In this document: positions 53,201-62,136 of the stretch, one piece after another
Numbering within the stretch: the stretch's first letter is position 1
Layout of the letters: every line of letters starts with the position of its first letter
NCBI GenBank assembly: GCA_963771355.1
Contig: CAVYTA010000006.1
Span: 480,001-544,000, forward strand
Direction of reading: 5' to 3'
Length of the DNA: 64,000 nt
Source of the DNA: an uncultured Candidatus Rokubacteria bacterium
Lineage (GTDB): Bacteria > Methylomirabilota > Methylomirabilia > Rokubacteriales > CSP1-6
Position numbers and translations under genes: made by a program
Notes under the pieces: generated by a model
What the model was told of the DNA's origin: nothing
Database searches by the model: none
What the model saw: the letters and a program-made list of their open reading frames with translations, nothing else

Positions 53201-53636
53201 GCGCCATGATGCCGTCGCCCATCACCTGGTTCACGGTGCCCTCGTAGTGGTGGACCGCATCCATCATCAGCGTGAGGACGGGATCGAGGAGCTTGCGCGC
53301 CTCCTCGGGGTCGCGGTCGCCGAGCAGCTCCATCGAGCCCTTGACGTCGGCGAAGAGGACCGTGACCTGCTTGCGCTCGCCCTCGAGGGCCGCCTTAGAG
53401 GTGAGGATCTTCTCCGCGAGGTGCTTCGGAGTATAGGACTCGGGAGGGGCTCCGGTGTGTGCCGTGGCGGGCGGAGTGGCCGCCGCAGCGGCCTGACCGC
53501 ACTCCTTGCAGAACTTCGCTCCGGCGGGGAGCTCGGTGCCGCAGGCCCCGCACGGGCGGGCCAGCCGGCGGCCACACTCCAGGCAGAACTTGGCGTCGCC
53601 CGGGTTCTCGTGCCGGCACTGAGGACAGCGGCTCAC
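50274..53636 (-). CDS. Double zinc ribbon + class III cyclase + STAND ATPase + TPR protein
   Basis: GTG start VSRCPQC; four CxxC; FADVKGS/GDG; QTTNLAARME; GDPGVGKS; FEDLHW. Confidence 0.92.
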   Translation of the reverse strand: MSRCPQCRHENPGDAKFCLECGRRLARPCGACGTELPAGAKFCKECGQAAAAATPPATAHTGAPPESYTPKHLAEKILTSKAALEGERKQVTVLFADVKGSMELLGDRDPEEARKLLDPVLTLMMDAVHHYEGTVNQVMGDGIMALFGAPLAHEDHAVRACYAALRMQEAVRHYSDELRRAQGVEMQIRVGLNSGDVVVRSIGSDLRMDYSAVGQTTNLAARMEQLAAPGSIRLTAGTLRLAEGFVQVTPLGPVPIKGLADPVEVFELAGAGAARTRLEAAARRGLTRFVGRTAELEQLRDALDRASQGHGQVVAVVGDPGVGKSRLYWELVHSHRVHGWLVLQSASVSYGKATAYLPVIELLRSYLAIESRDDPRKIREKVTGKVLTLAPSLSPALPAFLALFDVPVDEASWHALDPSQRRQRTLDAVKHLLLRESEVQPLVVVFEDLHWIDGETQTLLDSLVDSLPATRLLLLVNYRPEYRHGWGGKTYYRQLRIDPLAPESADELLDALLGRDTALGPLKRLLIERTEANPLFLEESVRALVETGVLGGERGAYRLTRPVEELRIPATVQAILAARIDRLAPEAKRLLQAAAVIGKDVPMPLLLAIAEAPEDEVRAALTRLQAAEFLYETRLFPDLEYTFKHALTHEVAYGGLLHDRQRALHVRITEAIERLAPERVAEQAVRLGHHALRGELWDRAVAYLRQAGHRAMERAANREAVAHLEQALAALRHLPETRETAELTIDIRIDLRNALLPLGERTRMVDHLNAAEGLARTLGDQHRLGRIATFMVVQCLGSGDYDEAVRFGQEALSIGEALGETSIQVVATTFLGMAHVTRGELGDAIALLERNLELKSDVQDQRFGAPVIQPALSRALLADALSQLGRFDEAGGHGDAAIRIAEAADHPLSLYWGLFELGLVHLRRGDLPRATQVLERSLDLCRTWQLFAGSAAAAAALGAAHALAGRTEEALPLVAGAVEESRASQSYRWAAQILLYAGTTYHAAGLIDEAARHAREAVEVSRRLGARANEAQALCLAGDVASTGSAEDAEGYYREALALADGLGMRPLVAHCHLGLGTLYRRAGRREQAHAYLDTATTMYAEMGMRFWLEQAEADVRRRP

Positions 53637-56600
53637 GCGAGCTCCTTCAGCTCCGCCTTCGCCTGCGTGAGCCAGTACCGCATGTCCATCTCGCCGAACA
53701 TCGTCCCTGCCGTCGTGACGTGCTCCCGCGCCTCCTGCCGCTTGCCGGTGCGCCGGGACAGCTTGCCGAGGCCGAGGTGGCAATGGGCGACGAGCGGGCG
53801 CATGCCGAGCTCGTCGGCCAGGGCCAGGGCCTGGCGGTAGTGTGCCTCCGCGGCATCGAACTCGACGCGGTCAGGATTGGCCGCGATGTCGCCGAGCAAT
53901 CGCAGGACGTGGGCCTCCACCCCCCGTTCGCCGCGCTCTCGAGCCGCCGCGAGCCCGCCCTGGGCGATCCGGGTGGCGTCCGCCAGCCGCCTGTCGAGGA
54001 GGTACGCCCCGCCGAGCGCCCCGACGCGGCCGGCCCACCATGACCACATCACGCCCTGCTCGGCGATGCCACGGGCGGCGTCCTCCATCAGTGCGATCCC
54101 CTCGGCGCGGCGCCCGGTCCAGTGGTACGCCGCTCCCAGCGCCCCGGCGAAGTAGTGAAGCAGCCAGGGAACCTCGCTCGTCCGGCAGAGATCGAGGCCG
54201 CGCTCCAGCGGGGCCACGGCGCCCGCGAAGTCGCCCTGATCGAGTGTGAGGGTGCCGAGGCCGAAGAGGGGGTAGACAAGTGTGTAGACGTGCCCGGCCT
54301 CCTCCGCGATGTGCATCGCCTCGCGGAGACGCCGGAACGCCTCGGCGAACCGTCCGAGCGCCCCGAGCGCCTTGGCAAGCGTGTCCCGCACGTCCGCGCC
54401 CGAGATGGCGCCCTCACCGAATCGCTTCTGCGCCAGGCCCTCCGGGATCAGCGCGAGCGCGGCCTCGCAGTGCCGGACGGCCTCGCGGTACTGGCCTCCC
54501 ACCCTGTACGCTAGGCCAAGATAGTTGTTGGCGACAACCTGGATAGCGACGTCCGCCTGCGACTCGCCGATGGCCAGGGCGCGAAGTCCGGTCTGGATCG
54601 CCGCCGCAAAGTCGCCGGCCATCCCGAGCGGGATCACCTTGAAGGTCAGCGCGCGGGCGAGGCGGCGCTGGTCGCCGACGGCCTCGGCGAGGGCTTCGGC
54701 CTCGTCGAGGAGGGCGCGCACCCGTCCCCCCTCGCCGAGCGGCTGGAGCGCGTTGCGGAGGTCGAAGCGGAGGTCGAGGGACTCGGCGATCGCGTCGGGA
54801 TGCTCCGGCAATCGCCGGAGGGCGTCGAGCGCCTGCTCGAAGCAAGTGGCCGCCTCGCGATGGGCCGAGCGCAGGAAGACCTTGGTGCCGGCCTGGCGCA
54901 GGTAGCGCACCGCCTTGTCCCACACCTCGCCCTGCCGCGCGTGGTGGGCCAGCCGCTCGACGTGCTCGACGAGGCGATCGGCGTGCAGGCGCTCGATGGC
55001 GGCTGCCACCGCGGCGTGAAGATCGCGCCGGCGCTCCCCCAGCAGGCCCGCGTAGGCCACGTCGTGGGTCAGCGCGTGCTTGAAGGTGAATTCCAGATCC
55101 GGGAAGACCTGCGTCTCGTAGAGGAACTCCGCCTCCTGCAGGTGTCCGAGCCCCCGCCGCAGGGTCTCCTCCGGCTGCTCCGCGATGGCCGCCAGCAGCG
55201 CACAGGGCACGTCCTTGCCGATCACCGAGGCCGCCTGCAGGAGCCGCTTCTCCTCCGCCGGCAACCGGTCGATCCGCGCCGCCAGGATCGTCTGCACCGT
55301 GGCCGGCACCTGCAATGCCTCCACCGGCCGCGTCAGCCGGTACGCCCCCCGCTCCCCCGCCAGCGCCCCCGTCTCCACCAGCGTCCGCACCGTCTCCTCC
55401 AGGAAGAAGGGGTTGCCCCGCTTCACCAGCATCTGCGTCAAGGGGACCAGCCCCGGGTCCGGCCCGAGCAACGCCGCCAGCAGCTCCGCCGCGCTTCCGG
55501 TGGGCAGGGTGTCGAGCCGGAGCTGGGAGTAGGCCGTCTTGCTCCCCCAGCGGTGCTCATACCCGGGGCGGTAGTTAACGAGGAGCAGGAGGCGGGCGGA
55601 CCCGAGGCTCTCCACCAGGCTGTCGAGCAGGGCCTGGGTCTCGCTATCGACCCAGTGCAGGTCCTCGAAGACCACGAGCAGCGGCTGAGCCTTGCTCTCC
55701 CGCAGCAGCAGCCACTTGACCGCATCCAGCGTGCGCTGGCGGCGCTGGGGCGGATCCAGGTCGTGCCAGGCCGCGTCCTCCACCGGCACGTCGAGGAGCG
55801 CGAGCAGCGGGGGCAGCAGGGGCTCGAGCGAGCGGTCCAGGCCCAGCACTCGCCCCAGCACCTTGGCGCGCATCTCCCGGTGGTCGTCCCGGTCGCCGAT
55901 CTTGAAGTAGCCCTTCAGCAGGTCGACCACGGGCAGATAGCTGGTGGACTTGCCGTAGGAGACTGACAGGGCCTCCAGGATCAGCCAGTCCTGCACCCGA
56001 TGCGAGTGGGTGAACTCGTAGGTGAGCCGCGACTTCCCGACCCCGGCCTCGCCGACAATGGCGACTACCTGGCCGTGGCCGGCGTCGGCCTGACCGAGGA
56101 CTTGTCGCAGGTGCTCAATCTCGCCGGCGCGGCCCACGAAGCGCGTGAGGCCCCGGAGCGCCGCGGCCTGCAGCCGCGTCCGCGCCGTCCCTGTCCCCGT
56201 CAGCTCGAAGAGCTCGATCGGGTCGGGGAGGCCCTTCACTGGAATGGGGCCGAGCGACCTCACCTCGACGTAGCCCTCGGCGAGCCGCACGGTCTCGGCG
56301 GTCAGCCGGACGGTCCCGGGTGGCGCCAGCTGTTCCATCCGGGCCGCGAGGTGGGTCGTCTGGCCCACCGCCGTGTAGTCCATGCGGAGATCGCTGCCGA
56401 CCGTGCGGACGACGACCTCCCCCGAGTTGAGGCCGACCCGAATCTGCACCTCCACCCCGTGCACGCGGCGCGTGTCGTCCGCATAGCGCTTCAGCGACTC
56501 CTGCATGCGGAGCGCGGCATAGCACGCGCGGAGCGCGTGATCCTCGTGGGCGAGCGGCGCGCCGAAGAGGGCCATGATGCCGTCGCCCATAACCTGGTTG

Positions 56601-56995
56601 ACGGTGCCTTCGTACTGATGGACCGCTTCCATCATCAGCGTGAGGACGGGATCGAGAAGCTTGCGCGCCTCCTCCGGGTCCCGGTCGCCGAGCAGCTCCA
56701 TCGAGCCCTTGACGTCGGCGAAGAGGACCGTGACCTGCTTGCGCTCGCCCTCGAGGGCGGCCTTGGAGGTGAGGATCTTCTCCGCAAGGTGCCTGGGAGT
56801 ATAGGTTTCGGGAGTGGGCGAACGTCCTGCAACTCCGGCACCGGGGGTGACCGGCTGGCCGCATTGGAGGCAAAAGCGGGCGCTGCCCGGTAGCTCCGAG
56901 CCACAGGCGCCGCACTCAAGCGTCAGCGGCGCGCCGCAGCCGAGGCAGAACCTCGCGTGGACCGGGTTGTCCTGCTGGCACCGCAGACACTTCAT
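53633..56995 (-). CDS. Double zinc ribbon + class III cyclase + STAND ATPase + TPR protein (tandem paralogue)
   Basis: MKCLRC..; FADVKGS/GDG; QTTHLAARME; GEAGVGKS; FEDLHW. Confidence 0.92.
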   Translation of the reverse strand: MKCLRCQQDNPVHARFCLGCGAPLTLECGACGSELPGSARFCLQCGQPVTPGAGVAGRSPTPETYTPRHLAEKILTSKAALEGERKQVTVLFADVKGSMELLGDRDPEEARKLLDPVLTLMMEAVHQYEGTVNQVMGDGIMALFGAPLAHEDHALRACYAALRMQESLKRYADDTRRVHGVEVQIRVGLNSGEVVVRTVGSDLRMDYTAVGQTTHLAARMEQLAPPGTVRLTAETVRLAEGYVEVRSLGPIPVKGLPDPIELFELTGTGTARTRLQAAALRGLTRFVGRAGEIEHLRQVLGQADAGHGQVVAIVGEAGVGKSRLTYEFTHSHRVQDWLILEALSVSYGKSTSYLPVVDLLKGYFKIGDRDDHREMRAKVLGRVLGLDRSLEPLLPPLLALLDVPVEDAAWHDLDPPQRRQRTLDAVKWLLLRESKAQPLLVVFEDLHWVDSETQALLDSLVESLGSARLLLLVNYRPGYEHRWGSKTAYSQLRLDTLPTGSAAELLAALLGPDPGLVPLTQMLVKRGNPFFLEETVRTLVETGALAGERGAYRLTRPVEALQVPATVQTILAARIDRLPAEEKRLLQAASVIGKDVPCALLAAIAEQPEETLRRGLGHLQEAEFLYETQVFPDLEFTFKHALTHDVAYAGLLGERRRDLHAAVAAAIERLHADRLVEHVERLAHHARQGEVWDKAVRYLRQAGTKVFLRSAHREAATCFEQALDALRRLPEHPDAIAESLDLRFDLRNALQPLGEGGRVRALLDEAEALAEAVGDQRRLARALTFKVIPLGMAGDFAAAIQTGLRALAIGESQADVAIQVVANNYLGLAYRVGGQYREAVRHCEAALALIPEGLAQKRFGEGAISGADVRDTLAKALGALGRFAEAFRRLREAMHIAEEAGHVYTLVYPLFGLGTLTLDQGDFAGAVAPLERGLDLCRTSEVPWLLHYFAGALGAAYHWTGRRAEGIALMEDAARGIAEQGVMWSWWAGRVGALGGAYLLDRRLADATRIAQGGLAAARERGERGVEAHVLRLLGDIAANPDRVEFDAAEAHYRQALALADELGMRPLVAHCHLGLGKLSRRTGKRQEAREHVTTAGTMFGEMDMRYWLTQAKAELKELA

Positions 56996-57056
56996 GTTGC
57001 GGGTTGCCTCCAGTTGGCTGGGCCGGGTCGGCCGGCTTCGTGGGACGAGTGCGCCG

Positions 57057-57121
57057 ACCTTAGCCGGAGTCGCCTCCGAGCGTCAAGGTCGGTTGACGCC
57101 TTCCCGAGGGCGTGACAGGAT
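57057..57121. promoter_or_regulatory. Back-to-back divergent sigma70 promoters
   Basis: Plus: TTGACG(57093)-17nt-CAGGAT; minus: TTGACG(57086)-18nt-TAAGGT. Confidence 0.5.
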
Positions 57122-57133
57122 TCGTCTCGACTC

Positions 57134-58132
57134 ATGGCCACCGCGACCCGCTCCACGCTGCACACCCCGCTCTGTGATCTCCTCGGGATCCGGTATCCGG
57201 TTTGCCAGGCGGGAATGGCCTTCGTGGCCCGCTCGGGCCTCGCGGCGGCGGTGTCGCAGGCGGGCGGGCTGGGCGTGCTGGCGGCGGCGCATGGCTCGCC
57301 CGCCGAGCTGCGCGCGGAGATCCGCCGCGTGCGCGAGCAGACCGACCGGCCCTTCGGCGTGGACATCCTCTTCGCGACCGTGAAGACGTCAGGCACGGAG
57401 ACTGACCGGTTCACCGACGACGTGCGCGGCTGGGTGGACGTGACGTTGGAGGAGCGCGTGCCGGTGCTCGTGGCCGGGCTGGGAAGCCCGGGGTCGGTGA
57501 CCGAGGACGCGCATCGTCTGGGCATCAAGGTGATGGCCCTCTGCGGCAACGTGAAGCAGGCCCGCGTTCTCGTCGCCTCGGGGGTGGATGTCGTCATCGC
57601 GCAGGGGCACGAGGCGGGCGGGCATACCGGGCGGGTGGCCGGGCTCGTGCTGCTCCCGGCGGTCGTGGACGCGGTGGCGCCGGTGCCGGTGGTGGCAGCG
57701 GGCGGCATCGCCGACGGCCGCGGCCTTGCCGCCGCGCTGGCACTGGGCGCGGTGGGCGTCTGGATGGGCACGCGCTTCATCGCCAGCCCCGAGGCGCACT
57801 GTCACGAGAACTATCGCAAGAAGGTCGTCGCCATCGACGAGGAGGGCACGGTGGTGACGCGCGCGGTATCCGGCAAGCCGAACCGCCAGATCCGGAACGC
57901 ATTCACCCGGGAGTGGGAGAAGCGCGAGGCGGAGATCCAGCCCTTTCCCGTCCAGTTCGAGCGGGTGGGCAAGCCCGCCGCGATCCGCGCGCGCGAGGAT
58001 GGTGACATCGAGAACGGCAGCGCGGCCTGCGGCCAGTCCGCGGGCCTCATCCACGACGTCCGCCCCGCGGGCGAGCTCATCGCGACCCTCGTGGACGAGG
58101 CCAGCGCCGTGCTCGCGCGCCTGCCGCGCTGA
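57134..58132 (+). CDS. Nitronate monooxygenase / FabK-like flavoprotein
   Basis: QAGMA, QGHEAGGHTG, AAGGIADGRG, MGTRF, CGQSAG. Confidence 0.92.
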   Translation: MATATRSTLHTPLCDLLGIRYPVCQAGMAFVARSGLAAAVSQAGGLGVLAAAHGSPAELRAEIRRVREQTDRPFGVDILFATVKTSGTETDRFTDDVRGWVDVTLEERVPVLVAGLGSPGSVTEDAHRLGIKVMALCGNVKQARVLVASGVDVVIAQGHEAGGHTGRVAGLVLLPAVVDAVAPVPVVAAGGIADGRGLAAALALGAVGVWMGTRFIASPEAHCHENYRKKVVAIDEEGTVVTRAVSGKPNRQIRNAFTREWEKREAEIQPFPVQFERVGKPAAIRAREDGDIENGSAACGQSAGLIHDVRPAGELIATLVDEASAVLARLPR

Positions 58133-58147
58133 AGGCCGGCCCAGCTC

Positions 58148-59303
58148 ATGGCGCTGGATTTTGCCCTCGACCCCGAGCAGGAGGTGCTGGTCCGGACCAT
58201 CCGCGCCTTCGCCCAGCGCGAGCTGTCGCCGCATAGCGCCCAGTGGGATCGCGACCGCGTCTTCCCCGCCGAGGCCTGGCGCCAGATGGGCGCGCTGGGC
58301 CTGCTGGGATTGCGCGTTCCCGCCGCGCTGGGCGGCCAGGAGGCCGACCTGGTCACGGTCGGCCTCGCCATGGAGGAGATCGCCCGCGGCGATTTCTCCT
58401 GCACCTACGGCATCCAGCTCTCGACGCTGGCGGGCGAGATCATCGGCAAGCGCGGGGACGCCGCGCTCCGCGAGCGCTGGCTGCCGCCGATGACCCGGGG
58501 CGAGGTCATCATCGCCCTGGCCCTGACCGAGCCCGGGGTGGGCTCGGACGCGGCGCGACTGACCATGCGGGCCGAGCGCGACGGCGACGACTATCTGCTC
58601 ACCGGCGAGAAGTCGGGGATCAGCCTCGGCATGGCCGCTCAGGCGGTGATCGTCTTCGCGCGCACGGGCGAGGGCGGCGCCCGTGGCGTCACCGCCTTCC
58701 TGGTTCCACTCGACGGTCCCGGGGTGGCGCGGAGCCCCCTGCGCGACATGGGCTCGCATGCCATCGCCCGCGCCGTCCTGGCCTTCGATCGCGTACGCGT
58801 GCCCGCCTCGCATCGCCTCGGGGCCGAGGGCACGGGCTTCTACGAGGTGATGCGCGGCTTCGACTTCAACCGGGCGCTCGATCTCGCTGGCCTGCCTGGG
58901 CGCCGCGCAGATCTCGCTCGAGGAGACCATGGCCTACGTGAAGGAGCGCCAGGCCTTCGGCCGCCCGCTCGCGCGCTTCGAGGGCGTGACGTTCCCGATC
59001 GCGGAGGCGGCGACCTGGATCGAGGCGGCCCGCGGCCTCTGCCTGCGCGCGCTGTGGCTGGCCGACCGGAACGCGCCCTGCACGAAGGAATCCGCCATGG
59101 TGAAGTGGTGGGTGCCGCGGATGGCGGTGGACACCATTCACCAGTGCCTGCTCCTGCACGGCCACTACGGCTACACGGACGAGCTGCCCTTCGAGCGGCG
59201 CATGCGCGACGTGATGGGGCTCGAGATCGGCGACGGCACCGCCGAGGTGATGAAGATCGTGGTGGCCCGCGAGCTGCTGGGACGCGAGAGCCTGCCCTAC
59301 TAG
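58148..59303 (+). CDS. Acyl-CoA dehydrogenase, cyclohexanecarboxyl-CoA dehydrogenase-like (frameshift near 58880)
   Basis: LTEPGVGSDAA, GEKSGIS, GFDFNRAL then ISLACLG.. in next frame, FEGVTFPIAE, RDVMGLEIGDGTAEVMK. Confidence 0.85.
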
Positions 59304-59337
59304 CGCCGCAGTCGACTCTATCCCGAGGAGAGCCCGT

Positions 59338-59817
59338 ATGCCCGACGGCGTGACCCTACCGAGCCTTACCATCTCGCACCTGGCCGAGGCGCCGTGTCCG
59401 CCCACCGCCGCCAATGCCACCTGGCCCAACGTCCTCCTCACGCGTGTCGGCGACCTGGCCGCTCAGCTGGGGCCGGGCGCCTGGGCCAAGCGGATCATCG
59501 CCGACGAGCGGCAGCTGGTGACGCTGATCTCGAGCCCGCCCGGCACCGGCAACCGGCCGCACTGGCATCGGGACTTCGACGAGTGGTGGGTGGTGCTGGG
59601 CGGCCGGCTCGAGTGGGAGCTGACCGGAGGGACCAAGCTCGAGGCCGCGAAGGACGACATCGTCTGGGTGCCACGGGGCACCGTGCACCATATCCGTACC
59701 GCCGGCGCCGAACGCTCCCTCCGGCTCGCCGTGGCCATGCCGCCCGCCGCCCACTACTTCAGCCCCTGCGAGCAATGCGGCTTCACCGACGACGGGCCGC
59801 GCGAGTGGCGCGCGTAG
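59338..59817 (+). CDS. Cupin domain protein with C-terminal CxxC
   Basis: HWH..FDEWW..G and PRGTVH cupin motifs; CEQC. Confidence 0.85.
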   Translation: MPDGVTLPSLTISHLAEAPCPPTAANATWPNVLLTRVGDLAAQLGPGAWAKRIIADERQLVTLISSPPGTGNRPHWHRDFDEWWVVLGGRLEWELTGGTKLEAAKDDIVWVPRGTVHHIRTAGAERSLRLAVAMPPAAHYFSPCEQCGFTDDGPREWRA

Positions 59818-59830
59818 CGCCGGTCTCGGG

Positions 59831-60427
59831 CTAGCCGCCGGGATCGTAGGGCCGGCCCTTCGCGAGGAGCGTGCGGAGCCCGACGTCCAGGCTCGCGAAG
59901 GCGGGGTCGGCCTCGGCCCCGACGCCGTCGAGGGTCTTGCTGAAAAAACAGCGGGCGGCCGCCGTGAGCACGATGTCGAGGATCTCGGCGTCGGCGAAGC
60001 CCTGACGACGGAGCTCGTCGAGATCGGCCGCCGTCACGGTGTGCGCCTCGCGCGTCACCTTCTCCGCGAACGCCATCATCGCGACTTCGGCCCGCGTGAG
60101 CCCGGCCGTGCGATAGTCCCGGGCGATGGCGCTGACCTCGTCCTCGGTGAAAATCTGGCTGCGCAGGAGGGCTGCGCTGTGGGCGAGCATGCAGTAGGTC
60201 GAGCGGAGGGCGCCGGCGGCAGCGAGGGTGACCAGCTCGTAGCGCCGCGGGGTCATGTTGCCGCGGATCGCTCCGAGGAGCTGCCCCCAGGCGGAGAACA
60301 CCTCGGGCCGGTGGGCGAAGGCCTTGAGGTAGTTCGGCACATGGCCGAGCTGTGCCTGGTTCTTCTCGTAGAGTTCGCGCGCCTTGTCGGAGAGCTCGTC
60401 GAGGGGAATCTCGCGGATGTACGCCAT
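59831..60427 (-). CDS. AhpD/carboxymuconolactone decarboxylase-like (peroxidase-related) protein
   Basis: GHVPNY, ELVT..., STYCMLAH (SxxC), FAEKVT. Confidence 0.85.
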   Translation of the reverse strand: MAYIREIPLDELSDKARELYEKNQAQLGHVPNYLKAFAHRPEVFSAWGQLLGAIRGNMTPRRYELVTLAAAGALRSTYCMLAHSAALLRSQIFTEDEVSAIARDYRTAGLTRAEVAMMAFAEKVTREAHTVTAADLDELRRQGFADAEILDIVLTAAARCFFSKTLDGVGAEADPAFASLDVGLRTLLAKGRPYDPGG

Positions 60428-60477
60428 GGGGCTGGCCTCCTGGTGCGCAGTGTACCGCGGAGCGAAAGAGGGAGCGC

Positions 60478-60506
60478 TTGACCGGCTCGCGCCCGCCCGC
60501 TAGGCT
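60478..60506 (+). promoter_or_regulatory. sigma70-type promoter, probably leaderless transcript
   Basis: TTGACC-17nt-TAGGCT, 8 nt before the GTG at 60515, no SD. Confidence 0.6.
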
Positions 60507-60514
60507 CGGGCGTC

Positions 60515-61327
60515 GTGACCTCACTCGCGGGGCGCGTGGCGGTGGTAACGGGCGGGTCGCGCGGCATCGGCCGCGCCATCGCGCGCCGGCTCGCCGCGGA
60601 CGGCGCCGATTGCGCGCTGACCTACCGGCAGCACGCGGAGGAGGCTCGGGCGGCCGTCGCGGAGATCGAGACGCTGGGCCGCCGGGCGATCGCGGTGCCG
60701 CTCGAGCTGGCCGAGCCGTCCGACGTGGGGCCGGCGTTCGAGCGCATCGGCGAGGCCTTCGGACGCGTGGACATCCTCGTCGCCAGTGCGGCCGCCACCG
60801 CCTTTCGCCCCATGCTCGAGCAGAAGCCGCACAATGTCCGGCGGACGCTGGCCATCTCCATCGAGAGCTTCGTGGCCGCGGTGCAGGGGGCCGCGCGCCT
60901 GATGGCGGGGCCGGGGCGCATCATCGCCATCTCGGGGATCGACAGCTTCCAGGGCATGACCGGCCACGGCATGCTCGGAGCGGCCAAGGCGGGCGTGGAG
61001 AGCCTGGTGCGGACCCTCGCGCTCGAGCTGGGCGCGCGCGGCATCACGGTGAACGGCGTGAACCCCGGCTTCATCGAGACGGATTCCTCGCGGTACTACG
61101 TGGAGCAAGGGCTCGGTCGCGACTATGCGGAAGCGACCGCGGGGCTGCGCGCCGCCACCCCGGTGCGTCGCCTCGGTACGGTCGAGGACGTGGCCGGCCT
61201 GGTCGCCTACCTGGCCTCGGACGCCGCGGGATTCCTCACCGGCCAGACCCTGGTGCTCGACGGGGGCCTGACCATCGTCTCGCCGTTGAGCCGGCTGGAG
61301 GAAGGGCGGCAGGGAGGAGCCTCATGA
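60515..61327 (+). CDS. SDR oxidoreductase, FabL-like enoyl reductase
   Basis: TGGSRGIG, SAAATAFRP, AAKAGVESLVR, NPGFIETD, GQTLVLDGG. Confidence 0.88.
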   Translation: MTSLAGRVAVVTGGSRGIGRAIARRLAADGADCALTYRQHAEEARAAVAEIETLGRRAIAVPLELAEPSDVGPAFERIGEAFGRVDILVASAAATAFRPMLEQKPHNVRRTLAISIESFVAAVQGAARLMAGPGRIIAISGIDSFQGMTGHGMLGAAKAGVESLVRTLALELGARGITVNGVNPGFIETDSSRYYVEQGLGRDYAEATAGLRAATPVRRLGTVEDVAGLVAYLASDAAGFLTGQTLVLDGGLTIVSPLSRLEEGRQGGAS

Positions 61328-62124
61328 CCTGCGTGCTCCTCGAGCGCGACGGTGCCGTCGCCCGCTTCGTCCTCAACCGCCCGGCGCAGCTCAATGCCGT
61401 GAGCCCCGAGCTGCTCGAGGATCTGGATCGGGCTTGCGCGGCCGTCGAGGCGGATCCCACCGTAGCCGTCGTGACCCTGACCGCGGCCGGCCGCGCCTTC
61501 TGCGCGGGCGCCGACCTCCGCGTCGTCCAGCAGCTCGCGCCGGATCCCGTGCGCTGGCGCGAGTTCATGGCGCGCTGGCGCCAGGTCTACGACCGCGTGG
61601 AGCGGCTGCCGGTGCCGGTGATCGCGGGCGTGCACGGCATGGCGCTGGCGGGCGGGCTCGAGCTCACCCTCGTCTGCGACCTCGTCGTGGCCGACGAGGC
61701 CGCACGGCTGGGCGACCAGCACGCCAACTTCGGACTGGTCGCGGGGGGCGGCGGCAGCCAGCGCCTGCCGCGGCTGATCGGCGCGCGCCACGCCAAGGAG
61801 CTGATGCTGCTCGGCGGCTGGCTGAGCGCTCAGGAGGCGCTGGCCTGGGGCCTCGTCAACCGCGTGGTGCCGGCGGGGCAGGTGGAGACAGCGGTGAGAG
61901 AACTCGCGCGCGAGCTCGCCGCAAAGAGCGCGGCGGCGGCGCGGGCCGTGAAGATGCTCGTGGACCGCGGCCTCGACCTCCCGCTCCCGCAGGGGCTCGA
62001 TCTCGAGGGCGAGGAGGTGGCCCGCCACATGCGAGGCGCCGACGCCGCCGAGGGCCTCCGCGCCTTCGTGGAGAAGCGCGCGCCCCGCTTCGGACGGGGA
62101 GGCACCGAAGCTAACGGGCCATGA
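61324..62124 (+). CDS. Enoyl-CoA hydratase/isomerase family protein
   Basis: ATGA-coupled start MTCVLLE; LNRP, AFCAGADL, AGGLEL, AFVEKRAP. Confidence 0.92.
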   Translation: MTCVLLERDGAVARFVLNRPAQLNAVSPELLEDLDRACAAVEADPTVAVVTLTAAGRAFCAGADLRVVQQLAPDPVRWREFMARWRQVYDRVERLPVPVIAGVHGMALAGGLELTLVCDLVVADEAARLGDQHANFGLVAGGGGSQRLPRLIGARHAKELMLLGGWLSAQEALAWGLVNRVVPAGQVETAVRELARELAAKSAAAARAVKMLVDRGLDLPLPQGLDLEGEEVARHMRGADAAEGLRAFVEKRAPRFGRGGTEANGP

Positions 62125-62136
62125 CGTCGTCGCAGG

